Positions 12,550 through 25,600 are shown, counted from the first letter of the stretch. The stretch is DNA of 64,000 nt from Chlorokybus atmophyticus (GCA_009103225.1 RHPI01001715.1:1206011-1270010), one strand, 5' to 3'. Program-made: numbers and translations. Notes: generated by a model from the sequence alone, not told the origin.

Positions 12550-13975
12550 CGGAATGCTGGACCTTGGATTCTCCTCTTGCACAATGGAATCAGTGATGCA
12601 TGAGACTCTCCTCTCATGCTGCATGAGAGAGGGAGGGTTAGGGAGAGATAGAGAGTCACAGCCACTTTACCATTTAATGTTTAGGCCCTGGAGGTTGTGT
12701 GAGGTTTTATCATTGGTTTGGGGAGTGTTAGATGGCCTTTTTCTGCCTCGTGTGCCTCACATATTTGCATAACATTTAGATATTGTCTATACTATACGTT
12801 AAAGGTCATTAATGCAAATAAGAGCATCATTAATAAAGTGGCACGCCACTTGTACAAAAGAAGGCATAGTACAATGTGCCAATTTCAACGCCTGTGTTAA
12901 CACAATGCGCTTATAACAGCCAGCCGCGCTGATCTTACAAATGTCATATTGGCGTATTTATATTTTAAGCTTAATAATCTTGGCTTGTGCGTGAACACCA
13001 TATACAAACAGACAGTTACATTTTGTTCAAATAAGTAGACATTGATAATTACATATCATCATTCATTGCGCGTTCACATATCTGACTTAAGATTAAGTGT
13101 TCATGAACGTAACTGTACCATATATAATAAAAAGAAAAAAGGGAGGGGATTTGTATTATACATTTTATAAAGGGGAAACTTAACGATTGAAATCAACATG
13201 CCTGCTTGATGATTGCAGTGATGTGCGCTACAATTAAGGTGTTGAATCATTTATTAAACAAATCCAACAATTCTACATCCATGCATATAGTTGCATCCGC
13301 ACACCATTTAAAAATGCAAATGTAACGTCTTGACCGCAATGTTATTGCATCATGGTTGTAAACAAATGCGACAAAGAGCCTCTCGTTATGGCACATTCCA
13401 CATGTACATCTTCATCATCATCAAGTACTTCTATGACGCATTGTAGCACATGTCACTTCCAATGCATCCGTGGTGAGCTTGATGAGAGTGCTGCAAAACA
13501 TGAACATGCAGACCATGTGAGACCTGCGTAGTCGTGCAAATCAGTAGCAACAAGACTGCCCAATCAGCTGCGAACACGGCAGAGCATTTCTGATATGCAG
13601 CATTGTGCCATGCGAGCCATGGCTCATGTAATCATGTGTTGTCAGCTATTTATGGCAACCAATGCGACATCACTAGCCTCTGCAGCTGAACGACCACCAA
13701 TACTCACTGCAGCATTTTGTATGAACTTGTACCAACAAGCGTGATGGACAGGCTGCTGGCTGAAGCAGCTGCAACACACAGAAACCGCCAGCTGGGCCAG
13801 CAGGGCTTTAAACTTGACATGCGTGTTGGTGTTGCCGAGCCTCTTGTGTGTGCGCAACACCAATGTCATCCGGTTCACTAGTTCCGCCACATGATCCGCG
13901 AACATATGTGCCATGCTGTGCAGCCAAGCGGCAACGTGTACTAATGCAAAAATGCAGGGCACAGACCAGAAGCCA

Positions 13976-15080
13976 TCACAGGTACTTGCGCGCGTAAGCC
14001 CGCACTCGCTGATCAAACACCGTCGAGGTGATCGGCGTGCTGGGGGAATGGAAAGGGTTCAACAGCACCTGCAAAAGCCATAACTACAATGTCAGAAACG
14101 GAGACCATCCTTACATGCGTGGCACTGTGAAGCAACCGACAATGGCCCCACCTTTATGTACAACTCGTGCACCTCCTGGAAGAAGTTGCGGATGCCGTCT
14201 TCATTACGCGCGTCGTGCAGGAGGAGAAACCGCGCGTTGCCGGCTGACACCCACGCGGACACCAGCAGGTCATTAAACTTGTCCACCACCTTCAGGTTCC
14301 TGTGTGCGCGCAGGCACGCAGTAAGCAGGCTTATGTCCAAGGTGTGCAACGTGCGGCTGTTGCCATACACTGCTGTTGGTATACACACATGAGGTTTGTG
14401 GACCATGCGGCCTCCTGCACAATGTCGAGGGCAGCGTGCAGTACAAATTGATGCAGGTGCGCCGCGTCATCTTTCTGCACACAAGCATGCGACAATCTGT
14501 GAGCAACAACACACTCTTTGTGAGGTGTGCATGGCACTTGACAACTTCCACGAAGTGAAGGTTGCACACAAGAGATAACACACCTGTCTCAGTAGATTGG
14601 ACATTGACTAACAATGGTCCAAAACTCGTTTTGATTGCATACAGCTGTGTCCCTTCTGATTGAATTAAGCACTCCAGTTGCATATGCATGTGTGTGTGCC
14701 CGTTTGTTTGACCCGATAGCCGTGCATAGTACATAAACACCCAAATATGTATGCCTGCCTCGAAGTTCTGGCATGGATGTTCAACACAGCATACATGCAC
14801 ATGTACATGCACCCTACTGCAAGTTTGAAGCTGTAACACATTTGCTGCAAGTCTCCACAATGGCGCCTCCTATGATTGTTAAATCTTTACAATACAAGGC
14901 ATGGCACTTGTGTACGTGAGACGCATTCCTTGTAGGTGCACCAGCAACATGTTTCCCACCTTATGATGTGAGAGCAAGCGGTTAGAACAATCAGGCACCC
15001 ACCTTGGCAGTGCCAAATTCGGCAGTGTACACCGGCACGTCCCCCTTGCCCACTATCACAAAGGAGGCGACCGCCGACAT
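13976..15080 (-). CDS. TRAPPC2: TRAPP complex subunit 2 (sedlin/Trs20), 4 exons
   Basis: [26 protein letters not shown]|[29 protein letters not shown]|[49 protein letters not shown]|VLLNPFH...[13 protein letters not shown]. Confidence 0.96.
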
Positions 15081-15284
15081 CAACAACGACAGCGACAACA
15101 GCAACACCAACCGCCGCCCTTACATGTTCACTATCCCCTCCGACTCTCACAAACCTCCCCTATCCTTGCCCCCCTGGCACTGCCCCTGCCTCTCTCACCC
15201 GCCGCCTCCTTGAACACGTAGCCAGTGACCACCACGACCTACTTGCCAAACCCTAATTTGTGCTCGTGCGTGTGCGTGGCCACG
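15081..15284. promoter_or_regulatory. Compact bidirectional promoter/UTR region with a telobox
   Basis: Only 204 bp separates the two divergent ATGs; AAACCCTAA at 15248-15256. Confidence 0.6.
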
Positions 15285-16756
15285 ATGGCAGCGGCGGCGA
15301 CGGGGGTGGCGTGCGGCAGGTCGGCCGGCGTGTCGGGGTTGGGCTCGGCTGGGGCGTCTTGCAGTAGCACGTCATCGTCATGGAGGAGGCTCTCGAGCAT
15401 GATGCCGATGACGCCGAAGACGGGGAGGAGGAGGATGGCTGGCGTGCGCATGCAGCAAGGGCGGAGAGAAGAGGAAGCCTCAGGTGAATTCAGAACGCTG
15501 TTGCGCGGATTGTTCTTTTATGTAGTGTGGGCGCAGTTGGACGCAATCCTCAGAGCGCAAGGCATCTTGTTGGTATGGTTGCTTGTTTGTGTGCTTCGCT
15601 GCTGGATTGCGACCTTTGTCTTTGGTAGTGAATTGGCACGGAAACTCCCAGCTTCCTGTTGTGACAAGAAAGGCTGCCTTATAGTTAAACGCTGATCAAG
15701 TTGGATGCGTCAAAAAACCATCACCTAAGACTCTCTTTCCACCATGTGTGTGGCGTGCACACAACCATGGCAATTTGCATCCCAGCGCCGTCCGCAATAT
15801 CGTTGTCTATTACACGCGCACAGCAGGCCTGCCTGCTAGTACCACAAGCCCAACGCCAGAACCTTGGCACTGCTTGCTGGCGTTTGCACAGTTGACGTAA
15901 TCAGCTGAACACATGGTGTGTACTCAGTGCAATGGTTTGTTGTGACCACTGCAAACTCAACAAAGGATGCCTTATGTGGCATCGTCGTTAATATGCTGCA
16001 AACTATTGCGAGTAGGCTAGAGAGGTCAGTCATGCCTGACGCTTTGAGAATTAGCAATTTATTGGTTATTACTTATGTTGGCTCTGCCTTTGGTGCAGGC
16101 GAGGGCGGGGACTCGTCAACAGAGAGCCTGTTCATGAAAGAGTTGAAGCGGAGAGGGATGAAGTCGGTGCGCGCGGTGGAAACTGAGGAGCCGCAGTCTG
16201 AAAGGATAGATCCACCTCCGCCTGTTGCGCAGAACGCCACACAGTTGGAGCGCTCGCGAAAGCTCAACAGCGAGGGCCTTGAGGTAGAGGTTTTTTTGTT
16301 TGCAAGCCTATCTTGTGCCAATGGAAGCTGTGTTTCTTGACCACAACATCAGAGGGCTGGCATTGGACGTTTGGTAGTGAGTGTTGACAACAAGACGTGT
16401 GTGGTTTGATCAGGGACTGATACCTCGGGCCACGGAACTTGTCAAGTTGGGAGGCTCTTTCTGGGTTGCGTTCTGGCCGTATCTTGCGGCCACAGCCGCT
16501 GGTTTCGTGGCAATATACTTGGTCAGTTCGGCTTTGTTACTTGCCCTTAGCACCTCACCCGCACCGCAGCAAGCTCGCTCTTCGCTCACCTGTTGCCTTG
16601 TGCATGTATTCTGTCCAGGCATTTGGGTCAGGCTTTGTTCATGGTGGTGCGCCAGCTGTGGGCCCTCCGCGTTATATCGACCCTGATGAATTGCTCTATG
16701 AGAGGGTGGCGCCAGGCAATGGACCGGACCGAGTACCTTTCCGGCAGCAGTACTAG
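15285..16756 (+). CDS. Conserved green-lineage plastid-targeted membrane protein of unknown function (resembles Arabidopsis At1g50020), 4 exons
   Basis: Ser/Arg/Ala-rich transit-peptide-like N-terminus; SLFMKELKRRGM; QLERSRKLNSEGLE|GLIPRA; hydrophobic GGSFWVAFWPYLAATAAGFVAIYL; FGSGFVHGG...PPRYIDPDELL. Confidence 0.8.
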
Positions 16757-17393
16757 CTGCCACTGCATGCCTGCCTGCAATAGTGGTTAGCGGCTAGAAA
16801 ACATCCTTGTCAGGACACCAACGAGAGCAAGGCAGTGGGTGTGACTAGTGCAGCTGGTCGTAGCAACTAGCACTGGATGTATTTGAGTTAGCTTAGGGTT
16901 GGGTAGTACATGTGAATACTAGCAGCATAAGTTGGTCTTGTATCCACCATCGAGGACTAGCTGTCATCAGTTGGTTCCACCGCACTGGCAATTGTTGGCA
17001 ACCATGAGCACTGTGTAGTGTATATGCAATGCCGTGCATGTGACTGACCATGGCACGGCCCACTGTGCAATTAGGCAATGGGCTGTATACATACTATTTG
17101 CAAACGTCCTCACACGACTGGCGATCACTCAGAGGCCTAGGTTGTGAATCTGCATGCTGTCATCATGACCATAATTCCGAGTGGTTCACATTTCTCCCCA
17201 ACAGTAATGGCAGCGCCTCCGCGCAAAGATTGGTCAGTTAGGCAGCCGGAGTATATAGGCGCTAACGATGCATAATATTGCACCAGTTGAGCCTGTGTAG
17301 CCCACATCATCACAAAAGCACACAACACAACACGCTGCCTGCACAATCCCAAGGTATTTATATAAACAGGATATCTTGATTTGAAGCAATCAC

Positions 17394-19376
17394 CTAGCCC
17401 CTGCTTGGGTGACCCCTTGGAGGGGTATGTGGTCGCTGACACGTATCCCTCAACCAGTCACTAACAGACTTATCTAAACACTCGCTATCCTCTTCAACAT
17501 GACACTCGCTATCCCCTTCAACCTTTGTACAGCTATCCTCAACAACACCACTATCCAACACAGGCCTACAGAAGGCAGTCTCAGGCTCTGCGGGTTCATC
17601 GGGCTCGGCAACGGCTTCGCCATCATCATCATCATGAGCATCCTCATCGGCAGCGGCCATCACGTGAGCGCAAGCAAGCGGGGACTGTGGCGATGAAGGC
17701 CCGTAGCGTTGAGGCTGGATGAGCTTGGGCACGACCTCAAGGTCCCTGCTGACTGCAAGCAGCGCGCCAGAGTTGCCCACCACGCCGCAGTAGTTAGTGG
17801 CCGAGAAGACGGTCACAAGCCGGCCGGAGGCAAAGCGCTCAAAGCCGTCCATCACGCACTCGTGAGCGCGCACGATCATGTCCAGCCCGTTGGCTTGGCA
17901 GAACGCCTCAACCCGGTCCGGCCCGAACGCGCACACCCCGGGACCTCTATGTGCGTTTTCCTGGATACCCGTCACAGAGTCCGATTCTGTGGGGTCACTC
18001 CATAGCAAATCCCTCAACAACTCACCACCCTCTGACACGGTTATTGGACGCTGAATTGCGTCGATCTCCGCAATCGTACGAAGGGTGCGACCAACGCCGC
18101 CGTGCATGCACAGCAATCTATCATCAACGCAGGCAGCCAGTGGCAACCAGTCAAACAGCTCATTCAACTGGTGCCAGGCATTGTAGCCATCTGTTTGCCC
18201 CAGCCTTTCCCTGCATTCAGCAAGAAAACCCATGCCCGCGTTGATATCGCCGCTCTCATGATTGCCCCGCAGCAGGTGGATGCGTCGCGGGTACTTGATT
18301 TTCAATGCAAGCAGCAGGCAGATCACCTCCAGGCTGTGACTTCCTCTATCCACATAATCTCCAAGAAACAAGTAATCAACCTAAACACGTGTGCCCACGG
18401 TCAGACTGCAGCCAACACGCTCGTCTCAAGAATGCCACTCCACCATGTGCATGAATTGTACCCATTGCACAACACCATGTACACGCAATCCCCTTACCAT
18501 GCCAATGTCTCCCGAAGAGCTTGCACTGCACGGCGCCCCATACGCATCAAACAGCCGCATCAAGTCCCCAAACTGCCCATGAAGATCGCCATAGATCTTG
18601 ATGGGCGCTCTCAACCTCAAACACGTGGGTTCCTGGGCAAAACACGGCTGCAACAATAGAGCGTAACACAAGTCAGCCCATCAATCACAGAAACAAACCA
18701 CTGGCGCAAAACTGATCCAACCATAGAAAGATAGCAACCACACAAGTAAGCACCTCTGCCAGTCGACAAAGCTCCTCAACATCAGCTGCGCTCAAGCAAA
18801 ATTTGGGCCGCAGGGGAGGTGTCCAGCCTCGCGGCTTCAGCAACTTGGAGATCTGAATTGCATACAAGTGAATTGATGCAAGGATAAACAAAAGGCCTGA
18901 TCCAACACTACCGAAAAAGAAAGAGACTGGTCCACAAGGCACAATCCATCTGTTGAAATGTGCGTAGCTGGTGAAGGATCAGACATGATCAGACCGTGAA
19001 AATCCTTTCTGCTCACCACAACATCAGCAACGGTCTGGGTTGGGGCAGCATTGTCCTTTGTGGGGGTGTCGACAGCGCCAGCCCCGGCGATCCGCCTGGC
19101 CTCATTGGGGAGGGAGGAGACGGAGACAGCCCTGGCCTCCATGCCAGGGGCCTCCGGGCAGTCCGCGGCGACCAAGGCCATGCTGGACAGCCGCACCGGG
19201 GAGGAGGGGCAGCTGGACGCCTCCCGACGCCGCCTCTTGTGCTTGCTGCTGCCGCCCCGGCTGCCCTGGTGGTCCGCAGCCGGGGGCGGCGTGCCAGCCC
19301 CGGCGGCAGCCTCCTCCTCCAGCCCTTCCTGCTTCTCCTCCCGCCCCCGCTTCTCGACGCTCCCCAGCGCACCCAT
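17394..19376 (-). CDS. BSU1/BSL (PPKL)-type Ser/Thr phosphatase catalytic domain without Kelch repeats, 4 coding exons
   Basis: GDLHGQ, GDYVDRG, RGNHE, HGG, LLWSDP, RAHE and FSATNYC PPP motifs. PPKL-specific [15 protein letters not shown] linker and C-terminal QRPHTPPRG. The start ATG (MGALGS) is inferred. Confidence 0.88.
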
Positions 19377-21570
19377 CACCCTGCCCTCGCCCTTGTCCAG
19401 GCCGGCCCCCAGGGGAAGCACCAGAGGCGTGGGGTGGCGATAGCGGCTAGATCGGCGGCAGGGGTGTGGATGTCACTGAATCGGCAGCGGCGAGACTGAC
19501 CTTACTGCTGATCTGCAGCCGCCGTCGAAAAGCCCGACCAACCCTACGCCGCTACCCACAAGCCTCCAGACCGTGGTGCACCAGACCAGCCTTCCACTTC
19601 CGCCGCCGCCGCCGCCGCCGCCTCACGTCGTCCGGACTGACTCACGCACAACCCCACCCGGAAGCACCGGCGCAAGAGAATCGCCCCGACACGCCCCACG
19701 TCCAGACCGATCCCGACCACGACGCCCACGACACTCTCCGCCGCCCCGCCGCCGCCCCCCGCTGCGGTCAGCAATTCGTGTGGCGCCTGATCGCTATGAA
19801 GTTCGCGAAGCAGCAGCCCCAGCCAAGTCCGCCCTTGGCAAGGCGCGGCCCATCGGCCCGTCACAAGATGTGAGTCACACGACCGGCAGTGCACATGCAC
19901 GGATGCGCATGCTCGCTGTAGATGATGATGTAGGCCTAAGCACCTATACAATTTGTCACAATGTATTACGTACATTCGCGACCGGTGCACACAGTCACAG
20001 CCTGTGTGCCCATGGTGGTGTGTGGCTAGTCCAAGGATACATCATATAGTGTCTATGATGCAAAATGCCACATAACGTACAAGCGTGCATGCGACGAGGG
20101 TTAATGACCAATGTGACATCACCACAGTCATGCAAACACGTCACCATCATACAGATACGTCACCATAGTCATATAAATTGGTGCATGAGATTGAGGTGGC
20201 TGCAGAGCTACACATTGCCATTGCTGCGAGGTGTACTATTGGGACACAAACCATTCTTATGATTTACCGATACTTTAATACTTGGCTTGCATAAAAGCGG
20301 CCTTGTATAAATGCAATGCATTAATTGGGTCAATATAGCAACCGGCAAACGAAAAACATGTGATATATCGGAACAACATATTCATAAACAGTCAGTTTAC
20401 GCTACCTATCATACTACGTGCGTGCAAGCAACGTAGCATTAAGTTGTAAAGCAAAGAATGGGAGGATAAGGCTGCATTAAGAAACTTGCATAGTGCACAT
20501 CACCCTTGTCCTGATGAGTCAACCTTTTGATACATTCAACATGACACCCCTATCAAGCTTGCCAATGCATTAAAGAATTGTATATCTGCATAACGTGTGC
20601 ATTTTGCACATACATTAAAGCTCTGCATGCATATGTGCGCATGCATGTTTACACACAAGTTGTCAAACACTGAAGTAAATGGATAGCTGTTCGTACATTA
20701 TAATCACGTTGCATGAGATGCTGTATATCTAATAATTAATATATGATCGCATAAGCATATGCGATGCTGCATCGGCAATGCACGCATCAGCGCGCACACT
20801 CGCATATACGTTGTTGTACTTGTGGGCCACAACTGTCTCGTCAACGTACATGTGTGTAAAGCAATTTATAAATTACGTTGTACGTACATGCGCAGCACAC
20901 GCATTTATTAAAAGCGAAACTATATTCACATAACACAACTGACTTGGCCTCCTTAACAATTACTTGCAATTGCGCATTTGCATGTACGTTGCACATCAAC
21001 ATGTGAAGTTTTTGCAATTGCGATATGTGATTTATTTGAATTCAAGTTGTATGTACCATTACGCACATCAAGTTGATTATATCACTATAATTATGCGCTA
21101 TTGTCACATATGATAACTTATCATTGTTGAACATAATCATACGTTCATAAACTTACCCCTTTTTGTTCACCCAAGATGCACCCAACTCAAAATCAGGTAA
21201 TTGCTCTGTAGCACCATCTATCAACAAGTTACTAGGGGGCCTTCAATGTTTGGACTGTTCATTGAATTCTTGAAAACACGCGGAAATATAAGGCAATCAA
21301 CCTGCAAGGCAGCAAGATTTGATGTCACCTAGAGTTCAGTAACGCGCTTGTGGACGTCTTGCTTTTTTTTGGCCGGCTCGGGGGGTCGGGGCGTGGCGTA
21401 GGGGCCCCCGACGTTTTGGGGCCGCCCGAACGAAAACGTTCTGCCGCGGGGAAAACGTCGACGTTTTCCCTCGCCCAATCGGAGAACGTCTTTTCAAACG
21501 TTTCCCCGACGTTTTCCGGGCGCCGACAACCGACCCAACTGGTCGACGGTCGGCCGGCCTGGCACGGAAG

Positions 21571-21615
21571 TCTTTGGAGCAGGAAGGATCGGAGAGATCC
21601 TTCCTGCTCCAAAGA
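21571..21615. repeat. Perfect 20-bp inverted repeat (hairpin) with a 5-nt loop
   Basis: TCTTTGGAGCAGGAAGGATC-ggaga-GATCCTTCCTGCTCCAAAGA. Confidence 0.95.
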
Positions 21616-21656
21616 GGTTCCATCAATCTCAGTCCGGCTGCCGGAGAAACCCTAAG

Positions 21657-21700
21657 CTCCCTCCCTCCCTCCCTCCCTCCCTCCCTCCCTCCCTCCCTCC
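21657..21700 (+). repeat. (TCCC)n microsatellite
   Basis: Direct tetranucleotide run. Confidence 0.95.
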
Positions 21701-21899
21701 CAACGCAGCGACGTTGCGTGCCTGTGCTGGGCGGCGAGGGGCGGCGGGGGCGGGGCTCGGCCACAGGAAGGCGCGGCGGCGCCCGCGCTGGCTGTATGCA
21801 CATCGTAAGTTGTCTGGTTGGTTGGCAGTGGACGGCGCTGGCCCGGGGTCGGGCTTGTGCTTCTCCATGTGTTCAGCGTCAGCCAGGCGCACAATGCGT

Positions 21900-22600
21900 G
21901 TATTGCATGCACACGTGAGTGTTCGCGTGCTTGTCAAAGGCTGGTGTTGCCACTGGTTGTATGCGTGCGCAAATGACGCGCGCGCCTGTGTGCATCGAGC
22001 GGCAGCAATGCCCATATCCCTGACATTGCATGCACACGCTAGTGTCTGCTCGCTTGTCGTACGTTCATGTGCTTCTTCTGGCTGTATGCGTGTAAGTGTT
22101 GCTACGCTGCGCGCGTCCGCATGTGCGTTGAGCACTGCCATTGCCACTGCATGCACATGCATCTGTCTGCATTGAGCGCCAGTCATGCCCACAATGCGTG
22201 CATTGCATGCACAAAAAAATGAATGTCTGCTTGCCTGTCGTATGCTGGTGCCTTTGGTTGCATCTGGTTGTAGGCACGTATAAGTGTTGCTGCGCGCGTA
22301 AGTGTGTGTGTGCGCTGAGCATCGCCACTACATGCACACATGAGTGCACGACTGCTTGCTTGTCATTAACCATGTCCGTATTGCGTGCCATGCATGCACA
22401 CACGAATGTCTGCTTGCTTGTCGTATGCTGACGTTGTTCTCTGTTGTATGCACTGCGCACAAAACTTACAACAGAGCTCACATGGCATGTATATGTGTTG
22501 CTGCGCGCGCGTTCACGTGTGTGCACTGAGCATCACCACAGCAGCAGCAAGCATGCGCGTGCACACATGCTTGCTGGTCGTATGCTTGTGGTACCTTCAG
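21900..22600 (+). repeat. Degenerate ~180-bp tandem repeat upstream of the transposase ATG
   Basis: GTCTGCT(C/T)GC(T/C)TGTCGTA(C/T)G core at ~22044, 22225 and 22408, with a partial copy at ~22568. Confidence 0.75.
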
Positions 22601-22646
22601 TGTGTTGGTTACAAGGGCGCAGGCAACTGAGGTTCTGTGTGTGCAG

Positions 22647-25600
22647 ATGAGCACTCAGCGACGATCAGGCTTGCGCCGAGAGCAGCAAGTTCACAAGTGG
22701 GCCAAGTCATTGGCTGCGGGCCTGTCCAAGGCCAAGCCTCCCTCCATCAGCGATTGGGATGACTATATCAAGCGCTACCCCAACCCGTTGCGCAGCTTAC
22801 AAACCATGAGCGTACCCGCCGAGTTCCATGCCTACGAAGCCGAAGTGATGTTTGTACATTGGGAGGTGTTTTTCCCACATCTTGTATCCGTCATTCACTG
22901 CCCGTTCTGCAAGAGTACACGACACATGCAAGGTAACGGTTGGGAGCCCAGCTTGCGCCGAGTCCATGGCATACCCCGGCATAGCTACATGCTGGTACAT
23001 CGCTACAAGTGCACCAATGCAGTAGGTATGACTTGTTTGATTCAATGCAATATGCATCCGTCATAGCAATGCGGGTTGCGGGTTGAAACTTGTGGGTGAT
23101 CGCAAGGTGCTGGCCATTCTGGTGGCGACAAGCACTTCAACGCAGTGGATGACGCAGTTCTGGAACAACTTCCGGCGGTTGTGCGCCAGCAATACCTCAA
23201 CCGCGTCACAATCACGCATCGCAGCGCAGCCGATAAGGCGCTTCTTGACTTGCAGCAACGCAATATCCCAAACGGGCAAAGCTTTTCTGACGTATCCAAC
23301 ATGGTGGGCGAGTTGAACCATCAGCACTTCTATCGCTCACATCAGTTGTACCTCATGGTAAGCGCCACTCACATACACACGCGCACGCACACGCATGCAC
23401 GCACGCACGCGCGCACAAACGCACCGTCGCACGCCCCCCCCCCCTGCCCTTCCTCCCCTCTTGTAAGCGCCACTCGCATACACACGCACGCGCACGCACG
23501 CACGCAGCGTCACACGCCCTCTCCCTGCCCTTCCTCCCCTCTTGTAAGCGCCACTCACATACACACACGCGCGCACGCACGCACACACGCACGCAGCGTC
23601 ACACGCCCTCCCCCTCCTCCCCTCTGGCAAGCGCCACTCACATACACGCGCACGCATGCACGCAGAAACACAGTGTCACACGCCATCCCCCTCCCTCCTC
23701 CCCTCTTGTAAGCGCCACTCACATACACACACATATGTGCACGTGCACGCACGCACTCGCACACAAACACAGCGTCACACGCCCTCCCCCTCCCCCCCTC
23801 CCCGCCCGCCTACCCACACCGACACANNNNNNNNNNNNNNNNNNNNNNNNNNNNNNNNNNNNNNNNNNNNNNNNNNNNNNNNNNNNNNNNNNNNNNNNNN
23901 NNNNNNNNNNNNNNNNNNNNNNNNNNNNNNNNNNNNNNNNNNNNNNNNNNNNNNNNNNNNNNNNNNNNNNNNNNNNNNNNNNNNNNNNNNNNNNNNNNNN
24001 NNNNNNNNNNNNNNNNNNNNNNNNNNNNNNNNNNNNNNNNNNNNNNNNNNNNNNNNNNNNNNNNNNNNNNNNNNNNNNNNNNNNNNNNNNNNNNNNNNNN
24101 NNNNNCCCCCCCTCCTCCCCCACGGGTACGTGCGTGCGCGCGCGCGCACATTGTCATCCACACACACATGCAACTCCATGTCTGTTGCAAGCACGGTGCT
24201 ATGGTTTGCAATCTGAGTGTGTATTTGTGTGGTAGTCGGTCGCCGAGATGAGGGCGCGCAGCAGCACAAGCGCCACAATCACACGCTTCTTCCATGCCGC
24301 GCGGGTCCACGATCAGGTACAATAACTTGCAGGCATTGGCTCTGACTGAGGCAAACACGTGAGTGTCGTTACATACATGTGCATACATGCAGGTGTTGGA
24401 CTTTGGTGACTATGCAGACCCTGTTGGGTACGATGGCTCGAGCCCAAGTGCGCAATGGTTGCGAGGATTGTATGTGGATGAAGCCGAGGATCGTCGACAA
24501 TGGCAGATCAACAGGATGGCGAGCGTGACTGGCAGCATCCTTAAGGCTGATCACACTTTCAAAGTGTGCAACTTCATTCGCACCACACAGGTCAGTGTTG
24601 GTTACAATCTATGCTTAAGTTGCAAGTGTGTGACTAACCTGGCGCTTAATTGTCTTGTGTGCTTCTCTTTCTAATAGGGCGGAAAGGGTGTATACAATGC
24701 CTTGTTGATGGTTATGAACGAGTACGTGGAGATAGTGGGTTACTGGCTTGTGTCCAGCAAATCTTTGCAGGAGATCCGAAAGCATCTTGAAGAGCTCAAC
24801 GACCGTTTGATGCGCTTCGGGGTGAGCGTACGGATGAACATGCACAAACGTACCCGCACGCAACTGCATGCATATCCGCACATGCACACCCATCGTGTGT
24901 GTGTGCATGTACATGCGTGTACGGTGTGTGCACATGTGAATGGCGCATGCACAAGCGCATGCACGCACGCGCATAGTGCTGATGTTGGCACATACGCGCA
25001 CGACCGCACTTGAAGCGCACACACGCACCCACACACTAAGCGCGCGCGCACACGCACACATGCACCGTATACGCATGCACATGCACAAAAAAGCACGCAG
25101 ACATGCACACATTGAACAAGCAAATTGCTGATTCTGGTCATGTGTTGCAGTCGGCACCCTTGGGTTTCTATGTTGACAACTCCGCATCCGTGACCTCGCA
25201 ACTCATGTCCATGTTCCCAACATTGCAATGGGTGAAAGAAGACCCGAGGCATGTTCTTGATCGGCTTGCGCGTGCTATAGCACCAGGCCATTCTGAACGC
25301 GGTAAATAATGTGTCGCTATGTGCGCGCAACAGCGTTCAGCATGGACATTGACCTCATCGTGCAAACACATATCAGGTCGGTTTCTATCGGCTTGGACTG
25401 CGGCTCTGTTCGACCGCTCAGTCCGAGATGAAGCGAAGATTAAGTCGGCCATGCCGGAGGGTACTGCACCAGACAAGCTTGAAAAGAAGCTCAATCAGAC
25501 TTGTAGACGCGGCATCCCAGGAGCCAGCGTGCTGGAACCACGACTACAACACGTCTTCGACAAGTTCAAAGACGCCATGGATGTATCAACTGGTGTACCG

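Noticed and set aside
13410-13490. TCATCAAG...CTTGATGA terminal stem suggesting a C/D snoRNA
   Set aside because: C and D boxes are not in the required order on either strand.
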